A DNA stretch of 64,000 bases from Promethearchaeota archaeon. GTDB taxonomy: Archaea > Asgardarchaeota > Lokiarchaeia > Sigyniarchaeales > SOKP01. The notes beneath the pieces are model-generated. The model had not been told where the DNA came from and ran no database searches. It saw only the letters and a list, made by a program, of their open reading frames with translations. Positions 39,709-49,434 of this stretch are shown piece after piece. Position 1 is the stretch's first letter. The number at the start of each line of letters is the position of its first letter. The stretch covers positions 201,166-265,165 of the forward strand of contig JAHPZJ010000013.1 of the NCBI GenBank assembly GCA_019058245.1. The letters run 5' to 3'. The position numbers and the translations under genes are program-made.

Positions 39709-40126
39709 TATTTCTAATTAGGATAATAGTAATTATAAAAATTATAGTTCTATGAAACCCTAAGTATCATCTTAATATATGAATATCTAATAATATAACT
39801 TAGATTTTAAAAATTAAAATAATAATAATTTTTTTTTTCTATCATTTGATTTGAGCCATTCTCTATTAATTTATTATAAAGATTTTGCTAAAATATATAT
39901 TATTCTAAATAAAATAATTTTATTTTTCTATTAGTTCATATAGAGGTAGAAATTTGAATCAAATCTAAATATATTAGGTGTATCTAAATACTTAAATGTA
40001 ATACTTTTCAATTAAGATATAAGAATGAGTTTATGAAAAAAATTTTAATAATTTTCGCAATACAATATTATAAAAAATGTTCGAAAAAGATTTATTAAAA
40101 TCAACGGATTCTGATGAGGAAGGAAT

Positions 40127-40681
40127 ATGGAACTTCAAGATTCTAAGACTAAAATTGTTAGAGAAACCTTTCCATCAGAGACTATTTCTATTATTGGAGA
40201 CTTATTAGCAGGTATTATTTTATCGTTATTAATCTTACCTCTTGAAAGTTTTGTTGTTTTAATTTTAATGATTCCTGCTCTATTGTCTTTAAGGGGTAAT
40301 TTGAGTGGACCATTCATTGCTAGAACTTCCCGAGATTTGGTTATCGGAAATTTTTCAATAAGATCTTGGATTGAAAATATTCTGGCAACATATACACTCT
40401 CCATTATTACTGCTTTTTTTATCGGGTTTTTTTCACTTATTTTAAATTTATTTTTCTTTAAATTAACCATACTTTCTTATCAATATTTTTTTACAATTCC
40501 AATTATTTCAATAATATTAGCATTGTCAATTTCAATTCCTACCTCTACAGGACTGAATTATATCGTTTTTAAAAAAGGACTCAATCCTAATAACATCATA
40601 AATCCTGTGATGACTGCTATTGATGATTTTTCTACAGTATTATGTTTTTTTTTATCAATTATTATGCTGGGGGTGCCTTAA
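40127..40681 (+). CDS. MgtE/SLC41-type divalent cation transporter, membrane half 1
   Basis: IPALLSLRGN, GLNPNNIINPVMTAIDD. Confidence 0.85.
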   Translation: MELQDSKTKIVRETFPSETISIIGDLLAGIILSLLILPLESFVVLILMIPALLSLRGNLSGPFIARTSRDLVIGNFSIRSWIENILATYTLSIITAFFIGFFSLILNLFFFKLTILSYQYFFTIPIISIILALSISIPTSTGLNYIVFKKGLNPNNIINPVMTAIDDFSTVLCFFLSIIMLGVP

Positions 40682-41233
40682 ATCGAATATTATAAAAAAA
40701 TCATTAAAGAATCTATCATTATTGTTATTATATCTTCATTAATGGGATTGATAGCTGGAACTCTATTATCATCAAATAAAGAAATATTATATACCATTCC
40801 GATAATGCTATTAATAATTCCAGCACTAAATTCACTAATTGGCGATATTTCAACAGTTCTCGTATCAAGATTAACTACACATCTTTATATTGGCAGTTTA
40901 TCTCCAAAAATTCAGAAATCCGAAAGATTAAAAGAGGATTTTTATGGATTACTTATAACTCTTCTTTTAAGTTTAGGGGTTCTTGTATTTCTAGGATATT
41001 TTATAGGAATTATATCTGGTATTGAAATAGTAAACCCTTTTTTAGTGATAATTATTATAATCATTACAATTCTGTTACTTTTTTTAATAATGTTTATAAC
41101 TCTATTTATTGGAGCTATATTTCTGTTCAAACGAGGAATGGATCCAAATAATTTTCTTATTCCATTTCTTACATCTCTATCTGATTTTCTAACGCCCTTC
41201 TTTTTAATCTTATTTATAATAATATTTATATAA
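40682..41233 (+). CDS. MgtE/SLC41-type transporter, membrane half 2 (frame open from 40682; first ATG at 40742)
   Basis: IPALNSLIGD, GMDPNNFLIPFLTSLSD; the upstream in-frame IEYYKKIIKESIIIVIISSL supplies TM1. Confidence 0.8.
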   Translation: MEYYKKIIKESIIIVIISSLMGLIAGTLLSSNKEILYTIPIMLLIIPALNSLIGDISTVLVSRLTTHLYIGSLSPKIQKSERLKEDFYGLLITLLLSLGVLVFLGYFIGIISGIEIVNPFLVIIIIIITILLLFLIMFITLFIGAIFLFKRGMDPNNFLIPFLTSLSDFLTPFFLILFIIIFI

Positions 41234-41252
41234 AATCCAAATTATATCAAAC

Positions 41253-42518
41253 GTGAGTGAGAAAAACTATATGACAAAGCAGAGTAAAAAGTTTAAATAT
41301 AAGCCACTTTCCCTAAAGGATATTATTAGAGAAATGAAACAAAATATAGATTTAATGATTGATTTGGCTTATAGTGCGATTAAATTCGGAAGTAAAGAGC
41401 TTGCTGATGAAGCTTATAAGATGGAACAAAGAATTCATGAATTAACATTTTTACTCAATTTCCAAATCATCCAAGCACATCCAAGGGGATTAGATGGTGC
41501 AAAAAAATTAGAGCCAATAGTGGTAATGGGCTATGCTATTGACAAGATTTCAGATGCTTTATCAGATATTGCTAGAGTAGTTTATATAAATAAAGATATT
41601 TCTTATTTCATTCAAATATTTAGTGATATTAGTTATGTTCCTGAACCCATTGTTAAGATACTTGTAAATAAGGAGTGTGAATTTATTGGTCAACTAAGAA
41701 CAGATATACATTTTAGATCTAAACATGGAGTCGATTTAATCGCCATTAGAAGAGATGGGCAATGGTTATTTGAAAAGAATCAAAGAGTTATGAAAAATGA
41801 TATATTGATTGTTAAAGGTGAAATCCAACCTATTATTGATTTAAAAAAAGTCTGTCATGATTTAGGCCCATTTTCATTTAATATTGGAAAAGAGAAAAAA
41901 GAAGATCTCCTTGACCTTAAAAATCCGGATATTTGTGAAAAGATAGAAGAAATCCAGAAAAATTATGTTTTATTAGTAGATATTTCAGAAACTATGATTG
42001 AGTTAGCTTTAGCTTCTTTATTCTTTAAAAATGCAGAAGTTGCAGAAGATGTCTTAGAAATGGAAGAATTAATGGATGGTTTAAATATTGCTCTCGAAAA
42101 AGATATTTTAGATTTAGCACAAATAGTGGAGTCCCCTCGAGATCTTACAGGGATAATGAGAATTATTTTTAGTTGTGAGTTAATTGCTGATGCAGCTGCG
42201 CATATTGCAGAGAATATTATTAAAGGATTTGAACCACACACGATTTTTCAGCAAGCTATTAGTGAAACTTCTGAAACTGTAGTAAGAGAAACATTATCAG
42301 AGGATTCCTACTTCAAGGATAAAACTTATAATGAATTGCAGGATAAACGATATAAACGAGGATTTCATATAATTGCTTTAAAAAGAGATAATAAATGGAT
42401 CTATAGCTTTAAACCAGATTTTGTATTCGAAAAAGGAGATCTCCTTATTGGACTTGGACCATTAGAAACTGTTATGCAATGGCGAAGATGTGTCAATCCT
42501 GAAAAATATAAAGAATAA
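41253..42518 (+). CDS. Tandem (PhoU-like + TrkA-C/RCK_C) x2 regulatory protein
   Basis: LMIDLAYSAI / TMIELALASL PhoU-like helices; GVDLIAIRRDGQW..DILIVKG and GFHIIALKRDNKW..GDLLIGLG. Confidence 0.85.
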   Translation: MSEKNYMTKQSKKFKYKPLSLKDIIREMKQNIDLMIDLAYSAIKFGSKELADEAYKMEQRIHELTFLLNFQIIQAHPRGLDGAKKLEPIVVMGYAIDKISDALSDIARVVYINKDISYFIQIFSDISYVPEPIVKILVNKECEFIGQLRTDIHFRSKHGVDLIAIRRDGQWLFEKNQRVMKNDILIVKGEIQPIIDLKKVCHDLGPFSFNIGKEKKEDLLDLKNPDICEKIEEIQKNYVLLVDISETMIELALASLFFKNAEVAEDVLEMEELMDGLNIALEKDILDLAQIVESPRDLTGIMRIIFSCELIADAAAHIAENIIKGFEPHTIFQQAISETSETVVRETLSEDSYFKDKTYNELQDKRYKRGFHIIALKRDNKWIYSFKPDFVFEKGDLLIGLGPLETVMQWRRCVNPEKYKE

Positions 42519-42527
42519 GCGATATTT

Positions 42528-42923
42528 ATGCATGAATTTATTGAAGTAAAATTCATTTCTACTAAAAAGGGGAGGGGTGCATTTGCCAAGAAGGCAATTA
42601 AGAAAGACACTATTATTGATGTTGCATATGTAGTTCCTATTCCAAATAAAGAATATAAGAAAATATATAAAACAATTTTATATGATTATTGTTATATTTG
42701 GGAAGACCCAGACCATATGCCAGCATTTAGAAATGCTATAACTCTTAGTATAAGTCAATTTATTAATCATTCATTTATACCCAATCTCAAATATTTATAT
42801 GATTATGAGAATAAAGCAATAGAATTTTCTGCGATTAGGGATATTTCTGAAGGAGAAGAATTAACGGTAAACTATAATGGACTTGTTGATGATAAAAGTG
42901 CTATGTGGTTTGAAGTGGAATAA
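42528..42923 (+). CDS. SET-domain protein-lysine methyltransferase
   Basis: KGRGAFA, SQFINHSFIPN, RDISEGEELTVNY. Confidence 0.92.
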   Translation: MHEFIEVKFISTKKGRGAFAKKAIKKDTIIDVAYVVPIPNKEYKKIYKTILYDYCYIWEDPDHMPAFRNAITLSISQFINHSFIPNLKYLYDYENKAIEFSAIRDISEGEELTVNYNGLVDDKSAMWFEVE

Positions 42924-43036
42924 TTAATTCTATGTTTCTTAAAGACTTGTCAAACCTCAGGTCAATCTTTTAATAAGAATCAGAAAAACCTATCAATTTA
43001 TATATTAAATGATACAATCAATAATTATTGAATTAG

Positions 43037-43441
43037 GTGAATTCTACGAATAACCTATTAGAAGTCAAATTTATTTCAACAAAAAAAGGAAGAGGTGTAT
43101 TTGCAAAAGAGAATATATCAAAAGGAGTGACCATAGATATTGCTTACATCCTCCTTATTCCTAATAATGATTGGAATTTAATCGAAGATACAATTTTATC
43201 TAATTACTCTTTTGAATGGGATGACCCTAAGTGCATAGGAGAATATGAATCGGCAATCTCTTTAAGTATTAGTCAACTTATAAATCATTCATATTATCCA
43301 AATATTAAATATATTTATGATTACAAAAATAAATGCATTGAATATATTACGCTTCGAGATATTACTAAAGGCGAGGAAATTACTGTAAACTATAATGGAG
43401 AACCTTTTGATGATTCACCTGTGGGATTTGAAGTAGAATGA
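43037..43441 (+). CDS. SET-domain protein-lysine methyltransferase (tandem paralog)
   Basis: KGRGVFA, SQLINHSYYPN, RDITKGEEITVNY. Confidence 0.92.
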   Translation: MNSTNNLLEVKFISTKKGRGVFAKENISKGVTIDIAYILLIPNNDWNLIEDTILSNYSFEWDDPKCIGEYESAISLSISQLINHSYYPNIKYIYDYKNKCIEYITLRDITKGEEITVNYNGEPFDDSPVGFEVE

Positions 43442-43448
43442 ATTGTTT

Positions 43449-44327
43449 TTATTTTCTTAACGATTTTAAGGTTTTTAAATTCATAATATCTTCTTTCATA
43501 TCTTTTCCTTTTGGGGTTTCCAATATTCCCGGCATATCCCTAAATCTTTCATCATTAATAAAAAAGCCAAAAGGTTCCTTACCTATTTTTCCTTGACCAA
43601 TATGAGTGTGTCTGTCAACTCTAGAACCACATTCTTTATCAGTATCATTCAAATGAAAAGCAAATAAATATTTTAAACCAATTATATCATCAAATTCGTT
43701 CCACATCTCTTCATATCCCTTTTTTGTCGTGAAATCATAACCTGCTGCAAATGAGTGAGCAGTATCAAGACAAATTCCAATCCTATTTTTATTTTGTATT
43801 TTGTTTATTATGGTTTTAAAATGATGGAATTTATTCCCTAAACCTTTTCCTTGCCCAGCAGTGGTTTCAAGTAATATTATGACTTTTGATGATTTAGTTG
43901 CTTCAATCAATTTATTTAACTGATCAGCAATTTGAGTTAATGCTTCTAATTTTGTAATTTCTTTCTTATCACTTATAGGAATCACTCCAGGGTGCATATT
44001 CTCATATTCAATAGTCAATTGGTTAACCTTGGTAAGCTCATCTAGCATAGCATTATATGATTTCTCCAATTTCTCTTTATTCAAACTTGCTAAATTTACC
44101 AAATAGCTATTATGAGAAATAACAGGCCAGATTTCATTCTTCATTTCTTCTTTTTTCTTCATAAAATCATCAATTTCTTCCTGCTTTAGAGGCCCAGATG
44201 TCCAACCGCGCACATTTCTGACAAAAACTTGAATTGCTTCACATCTCAATTCTTTACCGCTCTCAAAAGCCATATATTTCCCACCAGAAACACTCATGTG
44301 TGCGCCAATTCTCAATAAAATCTCCAA
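43449..44327 (-). CDS. nfo: Endonuclease IV
   Basis: IGAHMS, HNSYLVNLAS, HPG, LETTAGQG, CLDTAH, HLND, DRHTHIG, ILETP. Confidence 0.95.
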   Translation of the reverse strand: MEILLRIGAHMSVSGGKYMAFESGKELRCEAIQVFVRNVRGWTSGPLKQEEIDDFMKKKEEMKNEIWPVISHNSYLVNLASLNKEKLEKSYNAMLDELTKVNQLTIEYENMHPGVIPISDKKEITKLEALTQIADQLNKLIEATKSSKVIILLETTAGQGKGLGNKFHHFKTIINKIQNKNRIGICLDTAHSFAAGYDFTTKKGYEEMWNEFDDIIGLKYLFAFHLNDTDKECGSRVDRHTHIGQGKIGKEPFGFFINDERFRDMPGILETPKGKDMKEDIMNLKTLKSLRK

Positions 44328-44443
44328 ATAAAAATTATATTTTTAACTAGAATATATATACTATATTTTCTTTTTTAATGATTAATATTATCTAATTAAT
44401 CCAATCTTAATATAATTAGAAAATTTATATTTTTAAATTTAAT

Positions 44444-45082
44444 ATGAATGAATTATTTCATCTCAAACGATTATATGAAGATCAGATTGAAGCTGCGAGT
44501 AAAGTACTTGCTCATGCTTTTCAAGATGATCTTTTATTTGTATATTGTTTTCCAGATCTTAAAGAAAGAGAGAAAAAAGCCAATATTCACTGCGAATGGT
44601 TGATTTTAACTGGAATTTTATCTGGTGAGCTATATACATCAAGTGATATTAAAGCTGTTAGTGTTTGGAATCCATATAAAATAAAAAGTTATCCTGTAGA
44701 AAAACAAACTAAGAATATTATTAGAAGACTGCGAAAAGTTAGAAGAGAGTTATTTTCAGATGAAATATATAAAGAAAGATTGAGTATCTTTGAGGAAATT
44801 GCTAATTTATTTCAAATTGAACATGTGCATTTTCCTCATTGGTATTTAGCTATTATTGGTGTAGAACCTACTCATCAAGGTAAAAGTTATGGCAGCAAAT
44901 TAATAAGGTTGAAACTTGCTGAAATTGATGAACTAAACTTACCATGCTACTTACATACTGAAAATGAAAAAAATGCTAAATTTTATGAGCAATTTGGATT
45001 CGAACCCATTGGTAAAAACAAGATTCCCAATTTTAATGTTTACCATCATCCAATGCTTCGAAATAAGAAACAGAAAGCTTAA
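44444..45082 (+). CDS. GNAT acetyltransferase
   Basis: HWYLAIIGVEPTHQGKSYGSKL, NAKFYEQFGF. Confidence 0.9.
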   Translation: MNELFHLKRLYEDQIEAASKVLAHAFQDDLLFVYCFPDLKEREKKANIHCEWLILTGILSGELYTSSDIKAVSVWNPYKIKSYPVEKQTKNIIRRLRKVRRELFSDEIYKERLSIFEEIANLFQIEHVHFPHWYLAIIGVEPTHQGKSYGSKLIRLKLAEIDELNLPCYLHTENEKNAKFYEQFGFEPIGKNKIPNFNVYHHPMLRNKKQKA

Positions 45083-45085
45083 AAA

Positions 45086-46816
45086 TTAAAATTCATGGTG
45101 ATCTAATCTATTCCAAAAATTTTTCAATTCATCTTTATCGAAAGTATTTTTTAAACCTGTTGGCTCGCAAGGTTCTTCTCTAAAAAATTCTGGTAAATCA
45201 TTCAAATCGAAAGTAATTCCTGCTTTTTCGTTAAAGTCAAGTTCAGTTCTTATGATATCAATACCAATATCAATTACATCTTCTCTTGTTAGAGTTAAAT
45301 CATACATGGCATTAATAGCTTTTGTTATAATCTCCATATTTTCATAACTAGGACCAATAAAATAACAACAACCCATTGAATCTGTAATTGCGGTATAAAT
45401 CTGTAATTCAAAAGATAAATCGAGTTTATGCTCATCTTTAGTCAATTCACCATAATCTTTATGCAAGCTTGCAACACGATTGGCGATTGCTGCTCCTGCT
45501 GTATGGTCAGCACCCATTGGTGAAGTAGCATAAGTAACTCCCATTGCTTTAAACACTCTACAATCATATGCAGATATTCCTTGTCCTTTTACTTCAGGAA
45601 TTCTCTTAGCATTAAACTTTTCTCCAATTAACTTCACACCATTCCCATATAATTTCCCTTCTTCAGTATTATTTCTTATTTCATTATCTAAAATTTCGAA
45701 TACTTTAGATTCATTTCCCCATTCTACTTTTCCACATTCCATTGCTACTCCTACAGTTACACCAAATTCCATTGTATCTATTCCCAGATCATCACATAGA
45801 TGATCGATTTTCGCTAAACTGTCTAAATTATCAATCAATAAGTTAGTACCATTTAAAGCCATAGTTTCATATTCTAAACTACTTGTCACATGGTTTCCTT
45901 TTTCATCAACAATTAGATTTGAACATCTAATTACGCATGTTGGAGAGCATGCCAATCTCTTTTGACCTCCTCGAGCTAAAACTAACTCATGAAGCGATTC
46001 TCCTGAAATATTTTCTATTTTGTCATAAGATCCTAATAGGAAATTTTTTGTTGGTATACCTCCTAATCCACTCATAGCTTTCATCATTATAGGTGTACCA
46101 AAAATTGAAAATGCTTTCCTTGTTTGAGCGAGGTTTATAGCAAAGGGCTTTGAAATTTCTCTAAACTTTTTCAAATTATGAATCTTAACTTTTGATATTT
46201 TTGCCGGTTTAATTACTATTGCCTTAATTTTTTTTGATCCCATTAGAGCACCTAAACCTCCCCGAGCAGCATGCCTACTTGGGTACCCTTCTAAATCATT
46301 TGCACCTATAGTAGCCGATTTCATCAAATATTGACCAGCAGGTCCAATCGAATAAATACCAATCTTTTGTCCATGTTTTTTCATTAATTTATTATGTAAT
46401 TCATAATTACCCAGACCATTATATTCTTCAGCTGAAATCAATTTAATTCCATTATCATCTATTAAGATCAGCTTTAAGGATGATGAGATATTTTCTAAAA
46501 TTAAGGCTCTAATGCCATGTCTAGCAAGCATCATTGCTGGTCTACCTCCTACGTTAGCTTCTTTTATTCCATTTGTTAAAGGACTTTTTGCTCCTATTGA
46601 TGTACGAGCAGAACAAGGAAAAGCACTACCAGCTAATAACCCATTAGATATAATTAATTTATTTTCCTTGCCTAAAGGATCACATAAAGGAGGAACTTCA
46701 TCATGAATAATCTGAGAACTTAATCCTCTTGCACCAAGTAAATAATATTTTGAATTTGGATTGATTTCTTCAAATTGTATATTTTCATTCTCAACATTAA
46801 TTCTTACGATTTTCAT
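45086..46816 (-). CDS. Aldehyde:ferredoxin oxidoreductase family (W/Mo-pterin)
   Basis: AKSPLTNGIKEANVGG, RGGLGALMGSKKIKAI, CSPTCVIRC, EYET, CDDLGIDT, GADHT, DSMGCC. Confidence 0.93.
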   Translation of the reverse strand: MKIVRINVENENIQFEEINPNSKYYLLGARGLSSQIIHDEVPPLCDPLGKENKLIISNGLLAGSAFPCSARTSIGAKSPLTNGIKEANVGGRPAMMLARHGIRALILENISSSLKLILIDDNGIKLISAEEYNGLGNYELHNKLMKKHGQKIGIYSIGPAGQYLMKSATIGANDLEGYPSRHAARGGLGALMGSKKIKAIVIKPAKISKVKIHNLKKFREISKPFAINLAQTRKAFSIFGTPIMMKAMSGLGGIPTKNFLLGSYDKIENISGESLHELVLARGGQKRLACSPTCVIRCSNLIVDEKGNHVTSSLEYETMALNGTNLLIDNLDSLAKIDHLCDDLGIDTMEFGVTVGVAMECGKVEWGNESKVFEILDNEIRNNTEEGKLYGNGVKLIGEKFNAKRIPEVKGQGISAYDCRVFKAMGVTYATSPMGADHTAGAAIANRVASLHKDYGELTKDEHKLDLSFELQIYTAITDSMGCCYFIGPSYENMEIITKAINAMYDLTLTREDVIDIGIDIIRTELDFNEKAGITFDLNDLPEFFREEPCEPTGLKNTFDKDELKNFWNRLDHHEF

Positions 46817-46978
46817 ATTTTTACAATAGTAGCTTAAATTATATTATTTTTTCCTTATTTTTTTTAAATTATAGATAGAATATCTCTATTAAGAATTATA
46901 AAATAGTCAATAATGAATTATCTATAAAATATTATGATCTTTCCTTAATAATTAGTGCAAACTTTCTTATCTCATATT

Positions 46979-47821
46979 TTATTTATTAGGAATACCATTC
47001 GAGCAAGCAACTCCAACTTGACATAAACCACAACCGTAAATATCAATTCCATAATTCTTTTTAATAAAGGGAACTGAACTACCTACATGTTGGGCACAAA
47101 TAATCTTATCATGCCGTTTTCCGAAAGATATTGCCTTTGCAGGGCACCTAGAGATACATTCTCCACAATTAGTACAAAATTCATAAGGATCTGATGGTCG
47201 GTTTAAGCTGTCAGTTGGAAGTTTTAAATCAATTATAAAGCTGCCACATCTCATTGCTTTTCCTCTCGGATTTATAAATCCATCTGATAATCCAAATGAG
47301 CCTAAACCTGCAGCAAAACAATTATGTCTATGAGACCAGTTAGATGCCCAAATACTTCTATTAACATTAAACAATTTCTCATCAAGTGCAGGAGCAAAGG
47401 CATATATTCCAAATTTTTTTAATTCTTCGATTAAAAACTTTTGAATATCTCTATTAACTTGCTCACCAAAAAGTCTTGTATGAGCCCATCGTTCAGAAGG
47501 CATTTTTTCAGAATAATTAGAATTCTCAATCTTAGTATCTTGATTAATAGGGAGAATGTAAGCAATAACACTTAAATTTTTATTGTTGAATTCGATATTA
47601 TTCTTCTTACAATGCCACTCGTAAGCCTCACTAGGAGTTAAATGAAAATCACCGATAATCTCTTTATAATTTGTATATATAATATCATTTCCATCGGCGA
47701 TACCTACAAGTACATTAGGTTCAAAAATGTATGAACCATCAAGTTTGCTCAATTTATTCCTTGCATCATTTTTAAGAAATAAGTTAATCTTATTGATAAA
47801 CCAATCTTTATTTATATCCAT
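46979..47821 (-). CDS. QueG/reductive-dehalogenase-like cobalamin Fe-S protein
   Basis: WSHRHNCFAAGLGSFG, CTNCGECISRCPAKAI, CGLCQVGVAC. Confidence 0.8.
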   Translation of the reverse strand: MDINKDWFINKINLFLKNDARNKLSKLDGSYIFEPNVLVGIADGNDIIYTNYKEIIGDFHLTPSEAYEWHCKKNNIEFNNKNLSVIAYILPINQDTKIENSNYSEKMPSERWAHTRLFGEQVNRDIQKFLIEELKKFGIYAFAPALDEKLFNVNRSIWASNWSHRHNCFAAGLGSFGLSDGFINPRGKAMRCGSFIIDLKLPTDSLNRPSDPYEFCTNCGECISRCPAKAISFGKRHDKIICAQHVGSSVPFIKKNYGIDIYGCGLCQVGVACSNGIPNK

Positions 47822-48229
47822 ACTACTAGCTTCTTGACCGTCTTTTCAAATCTAATTTAATTTTCAAATATTTAATTGCTAATTAATCTTACTTTCAGAA
47901 TTCATAAATATATTTTATTTACAATTACTAAGAAATCTAATATTGGAGTAATTCGAAAAATTATATTCCTTTTTTGATAATGAAATTATTTTATAATCAT
48001 ACTATGTTAATATGGATTTTTTGAAAAAACAGACTCTACTAAATAAAATTGATGAAAATTTTGTTAAATTTATTATCAAAAAAGTTAAAAAAATTTAATA
48101 ATCGAGACAAAGATTTATAAATCCAACTTTCGTATATAAACATATCACTAATATTAAATTATTATCAAATGTTTAATACCTGTGATTGCTTTTACGCTTT
48201 TTAAATTATTTTTGGCATTGTGACTAATT

Positions 48230-49156
48230 ATGAATGAGCAGTATCGAGACCGATTCTTAAATAATAAATTCGATGAAAATAAATTACCTCAATCTATTTG
48301 TTGTGAAAATCCTTTTATTGAATCTCGAGATGGGAATAAAGTCTGTCTGAATTGTGGGATTATTTTTGAACGCACTTTTGTAGGAAATGAAAGACGAGCA
48401 TATACTATAGAAGAGATACAAAACAGGCGTAGAACAGAACCACGTTGGAGAGATTTTGGACCAAGGACTATGCTCCCGAACACGAAAACAGATAGTAAAG
48501 GTAAATCCATAGGTGCTAAAGAGCAAGCTCTCTTTTCACGACTCTCAAAAATTCAAAATTCATTAATTTCAAGCATAGAGAGAAACTTCTGGGAAGCAAA
48601 ACCGAAATTAAAAATGTTAACATCAAAACTTAATATTCCGGAATATATTGCTGAAACTGCTTGGAAAATATATAGTATCGTAGCTAAAAAGAAATTAACT
48701 ATGGGTAGATCAATTAATGGATTTATTTCTGGATCGTTATATGCTGCAATTCGTGTTCATGATTTTCCAAGATTATTAGATGAAATATGTGAAGCTTCAT
48801 TGACGCCAAGACGAACTGTCCATAGAAGCCTAGCAATGATTATTCGAGAAGTGCTTCCTGAAATAAATTTGAGATATCAACCGATAACAGCTGAATCACT
48901 AGTATTTCGTTTTGGAAATGAGCTAGATTTGCCGATTAAAATACAGAAAAACGCTATTAATATGTTAAGAGATGCTTCTAAAAATGGATTGAAGCGAACT
49001 GGAAAGGATCCTAAAGGTTTAGCAGCAGCGTGTATATACATTGCGGCAAAAAATGGTTGTATTCGGAAAACACAATCGAAAGTTGCTGATGTGGCTAAAA
49101 TTACAGAGGTTACTTTAAGATCTCGAGCAAAACAAATAAAAAGTAAACTTTCATAA
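48230..49156 (+). CDS. tfb: Transcription initiation factor IIB (TFB)
   Basis: Zn ribbon CC..VCLNCG, ERRAY, ERN, GRSING, LYAAIR, GKDPKGLAAACIYIA, TQSKVADVAKITEVTLRSR. Confidence 0.93.
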   Translation: MNEQYRDRFLNNKFDENKLPQSICCENPFIESRDGNKVCLNCGIIFERTFVGNERRAYTIEEIQNRRRTEPRWRDFGPRTMLPNTKTDSKGKSIGAKEQALFSRLSKIQNSLISSIERNFWEAKPKLKMLTSKLNIPEYIAETAWKIYSIVAKKKLTMGRSINGFISGSLYAAIRVHDFPRLLDEICEASLTPRRTVHRSLAMIIREVLPEINLRYQPITAESLVFRFGNELDLPIKIQKNAINMLRDASKNGLKRTGKDPKGLAAACIYIAAKNGCIRKTQSKVADVAKITEVTLRSRAKQIKSKLS

Positions 49157-49434
49157 GGATTTTCATAATTAATTTTAATTAATTTTGATAAAAATTATTT
49201 TTTTATCTATTTTATTGACGAATTTTTTTATTTCTTATATCTAATATAGTGTAAAAAGAAATAGAATGAAAAATTTCTAATTAAATGCTTATTCAATCTC
49301 TTTTTCTTATTTCCATTAAATTTTAAGAATTATTTATTGAATAATTATTCCAAAAAGCTTTTATACAAAATAGTAGAATATAAAATAAGGAATTTTAAAC
49401 ATTGAGATTCAACTGATTTTAAAAATAAAAAGAT

